A stretch of DNA of 61,114 bases, the filler included, from an uncultured virus (IMG/VR IMGVR_UViG_2049941000_000596) (Duplodnaviria > Heunggongvirae > Uroviricota > Caudoviricetes). It is 23 parts of one record of this genome, joined end to end, with 100 filler letters (N's around TTAATTAATTAA, not from the genome) between each part and the next. Parts side by side here need not be neighbours in the genome. Positions count along the whole stretch, not along the records: positions 39,026 to 41,240 come from IMGVR_UViG_2049941000_000596; positions 41,341 to 45,971 come from IMGVR_UViG_2049941000_000596; positions 46,072 to 46,737 come from IMGVR_UViG_2049941000_000596; positions 46,838 to 47,712 come from IMGVR_UViG_2049941000_000596; positions 47,813 to 49,604 come from IMGVR_UViG_2049941000_000596; positions 49,705 to 50,492 come from IMGVR_UViG_2049941000_000596; positions 50,593 to 53,480 come from IMGVR_UViG_2049941000_000596; 16 more parts are not named here. One strand, written 5' to 3'. Each line of letters begins with the position of its first letter. The stretch's first letter is position 1. The notes under the pieces are model-generated. The model saw only the letters and a program-made list of their open reading frames with translations, had not been told where the DNA came from and ran no database searches. Made by a program: the position numbers and the translations under genes. Shown one piece after another: positions 40,844 through 52,115 of the stretch.

Positions 40844-41340
40844 NNNNNNNNNNTCTGAATGAGGGTGAAGTTGGCATCTTCATCTACGACGGCAAAGCCT
40901 ATATCAAGGTCTACGGCGAGCAGGAGCCCGACGAGGCTTTCTTGGATGAGTACAGCGACAGCTACGGCACTGTGCACCAGCAGCCGGTCCTGGTCTCCTA
41001 CAACAGCGAAAAGTATGATCCCATTGAGATCAACCCCTATAACTCATTTAAGATTTTCGGACGGGTTCTGAAGTAAGCCCATAACAATTGAACATCTTTT
41101 ATGATGCACCGGCCTATCAATCGGTGGGTCGGTATTGTTATACCCTTTTTTCCCTGCGCATCTACATTTTGCCGGTTAAGGAGGAGCATAAGAATTGGAT
41201 ACAATGGCAGTAGTAAAGGTTTTAGCCGATGAACGCGACCNNNNNNNNNNNNNNNNNNNNNNNNNNNNNNNNNNNNNNNNNNNNTTAATTAATTAANNNN
41301 NNNNNNNNNNNNNNNNNNNNNNNNNNNNNNNNNNNNNNNN

Positions 41341-41886
41341 TGCCGATTCTCTGCGGGAGCACGGTGTTGAGCTGACCAAGGGAGCCATCAGCAAGTGGGA
41401 GACCGGCGAGACGGTCCCCAATGCCTATCAGTTCCTTGCTGTCTGCTCCGCGCTGGGCATGGATGAGCACCTTTCCTTTTATAGAAAAAACTATGTACCG
41501 GAGCTGAATGAAGAAGGTCTCCGGAAAGTTGATCAGTACAAGCATGACCTGATCAGCAGCGGCAACTATAAGCCGGTCAGAAAGGTTTCCAAGCTTATCC
41601 GCTATATCGACATGCCCATTGCCGATATGCCCGCCGCTGCCGGTAACGGCAACCTGCTCGATGACAGTGAGCATTACGAAATGGTCAGCTACCCCGAGGA
41701 TCAGGTTCATCCCCGCGCCGATGTCGGCATCCGGGTTTCCGGTGACTCTATGGAGCCTGTGTTCCATGACGGGCAGACTGTCTGGGTTGAAAAGTGCACT
41801 ACCCTGAACGAGGGCGAAGTGGGTATCTTCATCTATGACGGCAAAGCCTATATCAAGGTCTACGGCGAGCAGGAGCCCGACGAGGC
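41341..41886 (+). CDS. XRE/S24 (LexA/CI-like) repressor, partial
   Basis: AISKWETGE HTH, AAAGNG cleavage motif, IRVSGDSMEP, YIK; C-terminal variant 40854..41076. Confidence 0.85.
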
Positions 41887-41994
41887 NNNNNNNNNNNNNN
41901 NNNNNNNNNNNNNNNNNNNNNNNNNNNNNNNNNNNNNNNNNNNNNNNNNNNNNNNNNNNNNNNNNNNNNNNNNNNNNNNNNNNNNNNNNNNNNN

Positions 41995-42237
41995 TAAGTG
42001 GGACACCAAGCATCATGCTGACGGTACCACCTACGGCGAGGAGACCCTGAACCGCGCGATCGAGTCGACGGATTCTGTGTACACCAGCGGCGGGGATAAT
42101 TCCATCTTCGAATATGAGGGAAAGTATTTCCGGTCCAAGGGCGATGCTGTCTACGCCATTACGAATTTCATCTTTGAGCCGATCGAGATGCTGATCCTTG
42201 AGGATGAGATGCAGATGACGGCGGATCTGGTGACGGC
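41995..42237 (+). CDS. Primase-helicase fragment
   Basis: KWD..H..GTTYGE.TL..AI continues the 38057 fragment. Confidence 0.6.
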
Positions 42238-42252
42238 NNNNNNNNNNGAGAA

Positions 42253-42468
42253 TTGGATACAATTGCAGTAGTAAAGGTTTTAGCCGATGAACGCGACCTG
42301 ACGCTGTTTCAACTGGCACAGCTTTGCCGGGTGAACTACAGCACTTTAAAAAACGCGGAAGATCGGCACGGCCAGCTGAATGTTGATACGATCGAGCGGA
42401 TTTGCAATGGCCTGCACATGCCCATGAGCGCTTTCTTTGCAGTTTCGGAGAGGAGGAACATGCGATGA
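42253..42468 (+). CDS. Small XRE-type HTH protein
   Basis: LTLFQLAQLCRVNYSTL, LNVDTIERICNGL.MPMSAFF; follows the S24 gene in variant 41195. Confidence 0.75.
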   Translation: MDTIAVVKVLADERDLTLFQLAQLCRVNYSTLKNAEDRHGQLNVDTIERICNGLHMPMSAFFAVSERRNMR

Positions 42469-42703
42469 ATAAGGACGGCACAGTGCTGCCGAAAGTATAT
42501 GTCCCGGTCAAGGCCAGCTTTGATGCAGAAGGAAATATCCTCCCGACAGAGATCCTGTGGGAGGACGGCAGGCGGTATCCGATAGATAAGGTATTAAAAG
42601 TCCGCCAAGCCGCGGCGATGCGGTCTGGCGGTCAGGGCGACAGATATACAATCATGATTGGAGGACGGGAAAGCTACCTGTACTTTGAACGGAGCACCAA
42701 CCT
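42465..42703 (+). CDS. Small conserved protein usually next to Y-family polymerases in Clostridia (partial)
   Basis: KVYVPVKASFD.EG...P....WEDGRRY.IDKV, GGQGDRYT, YLYFE. Confidence 0.6.
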
Positions 42704-43263
42704 NNNNNNNNNNAAGGTGTTAGCCGATGAGCGTGACCTGACGCTGTTTCAACTGGCTCAGCTTTGCCGGGTGAACTACAGCACATTGAAGAACGCGGAG
42801 AATCGGCACGGCCAGCTGAATGTTGATACGATCGAGCGGATTTGCGATGGCCTGCACATGCCCATGAGCGCTTTCTTTGCAGTTTCGGAGAGGAGGNNNN
42901 NNNNNNAATGCTGATCCTTGAGGATGAGATGCAGATGACGGCGGATCTGGTGACGGCNNNNNNNNNNTACCCCGGAGGATCTGGAGTGCCGGTGGAGCAA
43001 GGTCCTGAACTTCGGAGANNNNNNNNNNATAGCCGAGGCGTTCTCTGCCGATCCTGTCAAATACCTGATCGACCAGCGCCTTGTAATCCGGCTCATGCTT
43101 GCTGGTAAGCTCCCCGGCAATAATCAGGTGATTATCCTTCAGGAGGCACTNNNNNNNNNNAGAAGAGCCGAGCGCAATGCTTGTCTGATCGAGAAAAACT
43201 ACCGGTGTCAGCACCAGATGGGTCGATGCCCAGCTCGGCGCATAGGTATGCGGNNNNNNNNNN

Positions 43264-43627
43264 CCGCTTCCTTGTACACGATACTCGCCTGATTGCGATC
43301 ACAGGCAGCGGAGTACACCTCCGGGGATGCCTCCCCGTCTGCGTACAGCAGATACAAGGCCAGCGCCGAGCTCAGGGTGCTCTTGCCGTTTTTCTTCGCG
43401 ATCTCAATATACGCATTCCGAAACTGCCGGAAACCGTCCTCCCCGATAATGCCGAAGATGTCCCGGACGATCTGCTCTTCCCATGGCAGCAGCATAATCC
43501 GCTGTCCCTGCCACTTGCCTGTGGTATGTTTCAGGCACTGAATGAAGTTGACCGCATGATCCGCTTTGCGCTTATCATAATGGGACGTCGGCAGCATCAA
43601 GGGAGTCGGTTTGTATTTGTAGGCCAT
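43264..43627 (-). CDS. Terminase large subunit N-terminus
   Basis: LLPWEEQIVRDIFG, EIAKKNGKST Walker A, EVYSAACDRNQA; variant 45773..45971. Confidence 0.9.
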
Positions 43628-43941
43628 CAGATCACACCCGCCAGAATCATGTCCATCTCAGACGCCTGATCCTGCGTGGCGTTCCCCGCTATAATTCTGC
43701 TCCGTGCAGAAGGCGTCAGGCCAAACTCGGAAGCCGCCTGCAGCATGACCTTCTGGTTTGCATGCGAGATGGTCACCTGCGGCACCTGCTGCCAGAAGCC
43801 ATTCTTGGTCTTGACGATGCTGCCGTGCTGGGAAATAAACTCCTCAGCCTCTTTCCATCGAGCATACGCCTGACAGTACACAGCAAAAGCAGCCATGTCC
43901 AGCTCGGTCAGCAGGCCCAGCTTAAACATCGGCTCTGCCAG
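43627..43941 (-). CDS. Terminase small subunit (P27 family), C-terminal part
   Basis: LTELDMAAFAVYCQAYARW, QQVPQV, SEFGLTPSARSRI. Confidence 0.88.
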   Translation of the reverse strand: MAEPMFKLGLLTELDMAAFAVYCQAYARWKEAEEFISQHGSIVKTKNGFWQQVPQVTISHANQKVMLQAASEFGLTPSARSRIIAGNATQDQASEMDMILAGVI

Positions 43942-44579
43942 NNNNNNNNNNNNNNNNNNNNNNNNNNNNNNNNNNNNNNNNNNNNNNNNNNNNNNNNNNN
44001 NNNNNNNNNNNNNNNNNNNNNNNNNNNNNNNNNNNNNNNNNNNNNNNNNNNNNNNNNNNNNNNNNNNNNNNNNNNNNNNNNNNNNNNNNNNNNNNNNNNN
44101 NNNNNNNNNNNNNNNNNNNNNNNNNNNNNNNNNNNNNNNNNNNNNNNNNNNNNNNNNNNNNNNNNNNNNNNNNNNNNNNNNNNNNNNNNNNNNNNNNNNN
44201 NNNNNNNNNNNNNNNNNNNNNNNNNNNNNNNNNNNNNNNNNNNNNNNNNNNNNNNNNNNNNNNNNNNNNNNNNNNNNNNNNNNNNNNNNNNNNNNNNNNN
44301 NNNNNNNNNNNNNNNNNNNNNNNNNNNNTGAATAGCGGAAGAGATGCAGCGGAAGCCCCGCGATCGTCTCCGCGAGGAGACGGACGCAGGCATAGACTGT
44401 GGCGATCTGCATGGCAGATTTCTCGTCCACCCGCTCCCCTGCATCGGACTTGCCGAAGATAAAGGTCTGACCAGAATCGCGGACATTGTCCTGTATCTCC
44501 GGTGCCTTGGGTGCATCCCTCGGTCTGGGATGCGGCGTTGTCGCCATAAAGCTGTCGAAGAACCCCATTGTATTCCCCC

Positions 44580-45101
44580 TTAAAAAACACACAGGCCGCG
44601 TTCATCGTAAACGCTGCCTGGATTCTGATTGAGGATCGCGCGGCCCATCGCCATGATCAGGGCAACGATACCGTCGATCTTCTCTATGGATTTTGCTTTT
44701 GTCGGCTTGATATTTCCTGCCGGGTCCTGGTCGACCACGACATTCGACGCCATCCAGCGCAGGACCGGATTGCCGCCGTGGATCAGCTTTCCTTCCAGCA
44801 TGATCTTATAGAACTCTTTGCTGGCCGGAGACATGTCCTTGTAGCCCTGCCCGAAAGGAACCATCGTCAGGCCCTCGTCGATCAGGTTTTGCACCAGCAT
44901 TGTTGCGTTCCATCGGTCGTAGGCGATCTCCAGCACATGGTACTTTTCACAGGTCTCCTCAATAAACGCCTGCAGGAAACGGTAATCTACAACATTTCCC
45001 TCTGTCGTAATCAGGTACCCGTTCGCGACCCAGGTATCATATAGCACATGATCCCGCGCCACTCGCTGCGGGAGGGTGTCCTCCGGCAGAAAGAAGTACG
45101 G
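44580..45101 (-). CDS. Terminase large subunit C-terminus (type B), directly upstream of portal
   Basis: EIAYDRWNA, FGQGYKDMSP, GNPVLRWMASN, EKIDGIVALIMA, SVYDERG; variant 50330..50492. Confidence 0.9.
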   Translation of the reverse strand, partial: PYFFLPEDTLPQRVARDHVLYDTWVANGYLITTEGNVVDYRFLQAFIEETCEKYHVLEIAYDRWNATMLVQNLIDEGLTMVPFGQGYKDMSPASKEFYKIMLEGKLIHGGNPVLRWMASNVVVDQDPAGNIKPTKAKSIEKIDGIVALIMAMGRAILNQNPGSVYDERGLCVF

Positions 45102-46071
45102 NNNNNNNNNNCCTAGCCGTGATCTCCGCCTTCAGGTCCACCAGCGAATCGATGTCGCTGTTGATCTCATTCTGCAGATCCACGATCTTTGCGATGATAT
45201 TCTCAAAGGACGACGTGCCCTTATTCGGGTTGTGCGGCATGCCNNNNNNNNNNCGGCGACATGTCTCCGAAGAACCAGCATTCCTGACAAGTGGCCAGAA
45301 GCGCCAATCCGAAAAGCAGACCCAGCTCCCGCTCGGCCGGAACGGCGTCAGAGAGCACCTGGGGATACAGGAGGTGGCTGGCGATCGGCAGATAGCCCTT
45401 CTCAATAGCAAAGCGGCAGTACTGCACCGCGCGGGCTGTATTCCCTGCAGTGTCACCGGCATAGGCAGACGCCACGTAAACCTTACAGCGGTTCTTATCC
45501 TGATACTTCTGGCGCTGGGCCTGCCGGAATTCTTTCATCTCCTTGGCCAGCACAGCACCGACGGTCGGGTCCTTATATCCNNNNNNNNNNGGGTGAAAGC
45601 TCCCCAAAGAACCAGCATTCCTGACAAGTGGCCAGAAGCGCCAATCCGAAAAGCAGCCCCAGCTCACGCTCGGCCGGGACCGCGTCTGAGAGCACCTGGG
45701 GATACAGGAGATGGCTGGCAATCGGCAGATAGCCTTTCTCAATAGCAAAGCGGCAGTACTGNNNNNNNNNNGGCCGAATACACCTCCGGGGATGCTTCAC
45801 CGTCCGCATACAGCAGATACAGGGCCAGTGCCGAACTCAGGGTGCTCTTGCCGTTTTTCTTCGCGATCTCGATGTACGCATTCCGAAACTGCCGAAAGCC
45901 GTCTTCCCCGATAATGCCGAAGATATCCCGGACGATCTGTTCTTCCCATGGGAGCAGCATGATTCGCTGGCNNNNNNNNNNNNNNNNNNNNNNNNNNNNN
46001 NNNNNNNNNNNNNNNTTAATTAATTAANNNNNNNNNNNNNNNNNNNNNNNNNNNNNNNNNNNNNNNNNNNN

Positions 46072-46252
46072 TCTCTTCCGGCTCCGGCATGGTGTCCCAC
46101 CAAGGGAAGCAAACCCGGTCGTCCTTCACCTCAATGGTGAGGCGGTCCGCTGCCAGCGCTTTCTGCGTCAGGCGGGCCTTGCTGTCCACCAGCTTCTGCA
46201 GACGGTCCAGGCTGTCCTGATCGAAGCCGTCCAGCGGGAGGCTGATCTCCAG
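46072..46252 (-). CDS. Fragment of phage protein commonly labelled virulence-related
   Basis: LDRLQKLVDSKARL.QKAL...V.FPW; probably the same gene as 51901..52062. Confidence 0.45.
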
Positions 46253-47063
46253 NNNNNNNNNNCGGCTTCATCGTCGGGTGCAGATCATTCTTTTTGGGTT
46301 TATCATATTCCCACACCGTGGTCTGCTTCCGGTCCGCATACCACTGATGCCGACCGCCTTTCTTCCAGCCGAAGAGCACGGGCTCATGGAGCCATTGGTA
46401 TGGGCTCCGGCCCAGCACCAGACTGTTCTTTTTCCAGATGCAGCAGCCGGAAAGATAAAAGCCAGCCTCTTCAAATGCTCTCCGAAAGGCCAGCCCGTGT
46501 GAATCGCTGTGGAAAACATAAATGGACGCATCGTCCATCATGTTCTGTTCCATATTGACATATGCGGCAAAGAGGAACTTTTCAAACTGCTCTTCTGCCA
46601 TTTTATCGTTTTTGATCTTACCGGCGGAGCCTTCATAATCCACGTTGTACGGAGGGTCCGTCACCACAAGATTGGCCTTCCTGCCCGCCATCAGCAGATC
46701 GTAGGTCTCCGGCAGCGTGCTGTCGCCGCAGACGAGCNNNNNNNNNNNNNNNNNNNNNNNNNNNNNNNNNNNNNNNNNNNNTTAATTAATTAANNNNNNN
46801 NNNNNNNNNNNNNNNNNNNNNNNNNNNNNNNNNNNNNTCGCAACGCGGGAATCAGGGTCATGCTGCAGGCAGTCGGTGACGACGGCATCGCTGATCTGAT
46901 CGCAGATTTTATCCGGGTGTCCNNNNNNNNNNGGAATCAGGATCATGCTGCAGGCAATCGGTGACGACGGCATCGCTGATCTGATCGCAGATTTTATCCG
47001 GGTGTCCGTCCGACACCTGCTCACAGGTAAGAATTCTCATTGCTATCGCTCCTCATGAAAAAT

Positions 47064-47091
47064 GCCCCACAGGGATTGCTCCCCGTGAGGC
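47064..47091 (-). promoter_or_regulatory. Hairpin in putative late-promoter region between DUF1492-like regulator and metK
   Basis: Minus strand GCCTCACGGGGAGCAATCCCTGTGGGGC followed by ATTTTT; AT-rich upstream. Confidence 0.5.
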
Positions 47092-47147
47092 GTTTCGTTT
47101 TTCGCAGTTTAATACTATCACATAAGCCATATGAAAAATAGTGAAAT

Positions 47148-47567
47148 TCACTGCACTCTTTCCAGATCCTTCTGGATCTCCTCAAGAGCCAGATCATGGA
47201 GCTGGAACATGCGCCGGGTGGAGAAGTTCAGTTCCACAGCGATCTCCGGCCATGTTGCCCAGCAGAGGTACCGGCGCTCAAGGATCAGACGATAGTCCGT
47301 ATTCTCCACCGCATTGATCCTTGCCGTGATCTCCGCCTTTAAATCCACCAGCGAATCGATGTCGCTGTTGATCTCGTTCTGCAGATCCACGATCTTTGCA
47401 ATGATATTCTCAAAGGACGACGTGCCCTTATTCGGGTTGTGCGGCATGCCGGACATCACCGACGTAGCCTTGGTGGCCAGATCGTTCAGGGTGGACAGCT
47501 GCTCTATTTTGCTGTTGATCCTCTGATCCAGCCGATAAGCCTGACTCAAATACTCTCTTGCTGTCAT
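47148..47567 (-). CDS. DUF1492/ArpU-like late transcriptional regulator
   Basis: MTAREYLSQAYRLDQRINSK, LILERRYL..TW.EIAVELNFS. Confidence 0.8.
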   Translation of the reverse strand: MTAREYLSQAYRLDQRINSKIEQLSTLNDLATKATSVMSGMPHNPNKGTSSFENIIAKIVDLQNEINSDIDSLVDLKAEITARINAVENTDYRLILERRYLCWATWPEIAVELNFSTRRMFQLHDLALEEIQKDLERVQ

Positions 47568-47811
47568 ATTCCCAGTTCCTCCTTCTGGATTCGCATCATG
47601 ATCGCTTTACCGTCAACATTCGTCAGCTGCTCGAACCATTGGGAGAGGAAAAACTTCTCGCATTCTTCCTTCACCCCCAGATACTCCCGGCTCATACGGT
47701 TCAGCTTGAGCCNNNNNNNNNNNNNNNNNNNNNNNNNNNNNNNNNNNNNNNNNNNNTTAATTAATTAANNNNNNNNNNNNNNNNNNNNNNNNNNNNNNNN
47801 NNNNNNNNNNN

Positions 47812-48091
47812 NCAGCTCCCGCTCGGCCGGAACGGCGTCCGAGAGAACCTGGGGATACAGAAGGTGGCTGGCAATCGGCAGATAGCCTTTCTCAATAGCA
47901 AAGCGGCAGTACTGCACCGCACGGGCTGTATTCCCTGCAATGTCACCGGCATAAGCCGACGCCACGTAAACCTTGCAGCGGTTCTTATCCTGATACTTCT
48001 GGCGCTGGGCCTGCCGGAACTCTTTCATCTCCTTGGCCAGCACAGCACCGACGGTCGGGTCCTTATATCCTTCAGCATTTTTGTAGCTCAT
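47812..48091 (-). CDS. DUF4406-like (nucleoside deoxyribosyltransferase-like fold) protein, partial
   Basis: KNAEGYKDPT, VYVASAYAGD, PIASHLLYPQ; C-part LLATCQECWFFG in variants 45254..45761. Confidence 0.7.
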
Positions 48092-48102
48092 ATCTTTTCT
48101 CC

Positions 48103-49468
48103 TTAGTCCATCTCGCCGTAACGCTTGCCGACTGACACCTCCGCCACAAGCGGCATGAAATCCGGCAGCGGCGGTGGGGTCTCCATGCAGCTCTTTATCA
48201 GTGCTGCGGCCTCATCTGCCTTGTCCTCGCGGACCAGAAACACGATGCTGTCATGGACCGTGAGAATCGGCTGGATATACGGCTTGTCCTTNNNNNNNNN
48301 NNNNNNNNNNNNNNNNNNNNNNNNNNNNNNNNNNNNNNNNNNNNNNNNNNNNNNNNNNNNNNNNNNNNNNNNNNNNNNNNNNNNNNNNNNNNNNNNNNNN
48401 NNNNNNNNNNNNNNNNNNNNNNNNNNNNNNNNNNNNNNNNNNNNNNNNNNNNNNNNNNNNNNNNNNNNNNNNNNNNNNNNNNNNNNNNNNNNNNNNNNNN
48501 NNNNNNNNNNNNNNNNNNNNNNNNNNNNNNNNNNNNNNNNNNNNNNNNNNNNNNNNNNNNNNNNNNNNNNNNNNNNNNNNNNNNNNNNNNNNNNNNNNNN
48601 NNNNNNNNNNNNNNNNNNNNNNNNNNNNNNNNNNNNNNNNNNNNNNNNNNNNNNNNNNNNNNNNNNNNNNNNNNNNNNNNNNNNNNNNNNNNNNNNNNNN
48701 NNNNNNNNNNNNNNNNNNNNNNNNNNNNNNNNNNNNNNNNNNNNNNNNNNNNNNNNNNNNNNNNNNNNNNNNNNNNNNNNNNNNNNNNNGATATTGAAGA
48801 CGGCGGAGGTGGTAATCGCATGGATGTCCGCGCCCTGTCGGTAGGCATTCAGCAGCACCTGATCCTGTGACAGATAGGCACACAGGCGAATCTCAGCTTG
48901 GGAATAGTCCGCCTCCAGCAGGGTCCAGCCCGCCGGTGCCGTAATGAAGTTACGGATGCCGACCGGGTCCTGCCCCTTCTGCGGCATGTTCTGCAGATTG
49001 GGCTTTCGGCAGGCGAATCGTCCTGTCTCCGTTGCCAGCGGCATGAGATCCGGATGGATACGCTTGGTGGCCGAATTGATAAACTCCAAATAGCCGTCGA
49101 GGTAGGTACTTCTCAGCTTCTGCCACTTTCGGTATTCGAGGACTTTATCAAAGAGAGGCGTCAGCTCCGGCCGGTGCTCNNNNNNNNNNGCGGTATTCGA
49201 GGACTTTATCAAAGAGAGGCGTCAGCTCCGGCCGGTGCTCGGCGCAGTGATCCTTCAAAAGCAGCATGGCTTCATCGTCCACCGACGGGGAGTATTTCTC
49301 GGTCATTTTCAGGACCGGGAGCTCCAACACGTTGTACAGGTAATTCTTGAACGCGCCGGTACTGCAGTTGTCGCCGATCTCAACGCCTCCGATCATCTCT
49401 GCGATCTCCGCCCGCAGACGATCGATATTGCTGTCCGCATTTGTCTTTGCCGCCTGCATTGCCGGGAT
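48103..49468 (-). CDS. Family A DNA polymerase, polymerase-domain fragments
   Basis: TETGRF, PNLQNMP, ADYSQAEIR motif A, DIHAITT, TVHDSIV motif C. Confidence 0.9.
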
Positions 49469-49704
49469 NNNNNNNNNNTGTCTTGGTGAAGTGGGCTTCG
49501 AAGTCTTCACGGGTGATCGCGGTGTTGTAGTCGATCAGGTTGAATTCGTTTCTAAGTCTGTAAATGTTCTTCATGGTGGTGTTCTCCCTTCGTTTTGTTG
49601 TCCTNNNNNNNNNNNNNNNNNNNNNNNNNNNNNNNNNNNNNNNNNNNNTTAATTAATTAANNNNNNNNNNNNNNNNNNNNNNNNNNNNNNNNNNNNNNNN
49701 NNNN

Positions 49705-50192
49705 AGCAGCCACAGGTCCCCTTCCCGGGTGACGGTCGGCTGCTGCAGCTGGGCTTCGATATCGAACTCATCCTCTACGATCTCTTTGTCGTGAACGGAA
49801 TTCATGAGCTGCTCGATCTCCGGAGGATCAAAACCGGTGAAGGTCACATCGAAATCCGAATCCTGCAGCTCCGCGATCAGATCGGCCAGGAGTTCCTTGT
49901 TCCACTCGCCGGTGATCTTGTTCAGCGCAATGTTCAGGGCACGCTCCTTGGTTTTATCGATATCGATCACAATGCAGTCGATCTCGCTGTAGCCCAGGTC
50001 CTTCAGCACGGTCACCCGCTGGTGGCCGCCGATAATAGTCATATCGCTGTTTACGATGACCGGCTCACAGTACCCGAATTCTTCAATGCTGCGTTTGATC
50101 TTTTCATATTCTTTATCGCCGGGTTTCAGGGCCTTCCTCGGGTTGTACGAAGCAGGCACCAGATCCGCGATCTTGATTTTTCTTAGGTCCAT
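49705..50192 (-). CDS. ParB-domain DNA methylase, N-terminal part (variant 1)
   Basis: PASYNPRK, IKRSIEEFGY, IIGGHQR, ALNIALNKITGEW; variants 50593..50916 and 52914..53333. Confidence 0.85.
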
Positions 50193-50243
50193 GGATGTAC
50201 TCCTTTGGGTATAAAAATAGCGGCCCTTGTTAGAGTCGCCTTA

Positions 50244-50297
50244 TTGTGCACGATAGGGTTTTATGGTATACTCCATCTCGACAACTCGGGATCTTTA
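50244..50297 (+). promoter_or_regulatory. Divergent sigma-A promoter + 18-bp site (variant 1)
   Basis: TTGTGC-17-TATACT with extended TG, then GACAAC-TCGGGA-TCTTTA. Confidence 0.72.
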
Positions 50298-50967
50298 GGG
50301 ATAATATTCTGAATAGTATNNNNNNNNNNCCCTTCCAGCATGATCTTGTAAAACTCCTTGCTGGCCGGAGACATGTCCTTATATCCCTGCCCGAAAGGAA
50401 CCATCGTCAGGCCCTCGTCGATCAGGTTCTGCACCAGCATGGTGGCGTTCCATCGGTCATAGGCGATCTCAAGCACATGGTACTTTTCACAGNNNNNNNN
50501 NNNNNNNNNNNNNNNNNNNNNNNNNNNNNNNNNNNNTTAATTAATTAANNNNNNNNNNNNNNNNNNNNNNNNNNNNNNNNNNNNNNNNNNNNGTCTGCAA
50601 TCAGGTCGGCCAGAAGCTCCTTGTTCCACTCGCCGGTGATCTTATTCAGCGCGATGTTCAGGGCACGCTCTTTGGTTTTATCGATATCAATCACGATGCA
50701 GTCGATCTCGCTGTAGCCCAGATCCTTCAGCACGGTCACACGCTGGTGGCCGCCGATAATAGTCATGTCGCTGTTTACAATGACCGGCTCACAGTATCCG
50801 AACTCCTCAATGCTGCGCTTGATCTTTTCATACTCTTTATCGCCGGGTTTCAGGGCCTTCCGCGGGTTGTACGAAGCAGGCACCAGCTCTGCGATCTTGA
50901 TTTTTCTTAAATCCATGGATTTACTCCTTTGGGTATAAAAATAGCGGCCCTGGTCAGAGTCGCCTTA

Positions 50968-51020
50968 TTGTGCACGATAGGGTTTTATGGTAAAATCATC
51001 TCGACAAATCGGGATTTGAC
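50968..51020 (+). promoter_or_regulatory. Divergent sigma-A promoter + 18-bp site (variant 2)
   Basis: TTGTGC-17-TAAAAT with extended TG, then GACAAA-TCGGGA-TTTGAC, immediately RBS GAGGT and ATG 51033. Confidence 0.75.
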
Positions 51021-51032
51021 GAGGTAAGACAA

Positions 51033-51312
51033 ATGACCATCCAAACAGTTGAACANNNNNNNNNNNNNNNNNNNNNNNNNNNNNNNNNNNNNNNNNNNNN
51101 NNNNNNNNNNNNNNNNNNNNNNNNNNNNNNNNNNNNNNNNNNNNNNNNNNNNNNNNNNNNNNNNNNNNNNNNNNNNNNNNNNNNNNNNNNNNNNNNNNNN
51201 NNNNNNNNNNNNNNNNNNNNNNNNNNNNNNNNNNNNNNNNNNNNNNNNNNNNNNNNNNNNNNNNNNNNNNNNNNNNNNNNNNNNNNNNNNNNNCTCTGAA
51301 TGCAAAGTATAG
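51033..51312 (+). CDS. Putative cassette gene (mostly N gap)
   Basis: MTIQTVE start with RBS; ...SECKV TAG end 8 bp before the next 18-bp site. Confidence 0.35.
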
Positions 51313-51320
51313 ATTTGATT

Positions 51321-51364
51321 GATAAATGTCAGTTTATCGGGATGACGCAAAATCGGGATTTGCA
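51321..51364 (+). repeat. Two tandem 18-bp quasi-palindromic sites
   Basis: GATAAA-TGTCAG-TTTATC (perfect arms) and GCAAAA-TCGGGA-TTTGCA, 8 bp apart. Confidence 0.65.
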
Positions 51365-51499
51365 AAGGAGATTGCAATTAAGGAAAAGCAATCATAACGA
51401 AATCGAAATAAGAGATGCATATCAATGGAGAATATACTGCATCTTCCGAAAAAACAGATTCTGTGCTATAACAGGTAATCAAAAAAGGAGATTATACAC

Positions 51500-51676
51500 A
51501 TGAACACTATGTCAATTGTATCCACAGTCTTAACAATTCTTTTGCTTGGCTTCCTGTATTGGAGGATGGTGAAGAGAGAGATTCCGGAGCCTGTCGGCTG
51601 GTTGCAGGCTCTGCTTCCCATTGCTATCGGCATGCTGTCGATGCCTATGACAATTCCAGTTTCCATGGGCTACTTA
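51500..51676 (+). CDS. Membrane protein, N-terminal fragment (putative cassette cargo)
   Basis: Two hydrophobic segments; RBS AAGGAG; promoter TTCCGA-17-TATAAC at 51444..51472. Confidence 0.55.
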
Positions 51677-51687
51677 NNNNNNNNNNG

Positions 51688-51890
51688 CATCTGTTCCTGA
51701 TCGGTGAGGCTGGCAGCGGCAAGAGCACTACCTTGGAAAAAGTGGTGCTGCCGATCTTCTCTACGAGCAGAGTGACCGCGGCAACCCAGGTGACGCAGTT
51801 TACGCTGATGAAGGAGAGCGCTTCCTCCAATCTGGTGCCCATGGCGCTGGACGAGTTCAAGCCGTCCAAGATCGACCGGCTGAAGATCAA
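51688..51890 (+). CDS. Primase-associated helicase P-loop fragment
   Basis: HLFLIGEAGSGKST Walker A, ALDEFK Walker B. Confidence 0.7.
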
Positions 51891-51900
51891 NNNNNNNNNN

Positions 51901-52062
51901 GTCGTCCCAGCTCAGGCCGCCGGTCTTATCCACCGTGAAGCCGCCGATGCGGTAGGCCATGGTCGGAACGCCTTCGTAGGTGCCTTTCTCGCCGGTGGCG
52001 TGGGTAATGATGCTGACAAGTCTCTTGCGTTCGCTTCCGGTAACGTTGAAATTGATGTTCAT
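51901..52062 (-). CDS. Phage protein commonly labelled virulence-related, N-terminus
   Basis: NVTGSERKRLV..I....G....Y.GVPTMAY.IGGFTVDK.G; RBS AGGAGG; preceded by repeated unit. Confidence 0.6.
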
Positions 52063-52115
52063 GGGGTGCCTCCTAAAAATGTAATGTCCGCGGGGTTCTC
52101 CCCTTCGGCATGTTC

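Noticed and set aside
43627..44592. Apparent portal-TerS fusion ORF
   Set aside because: Read-through across a large N gap between separate fragments
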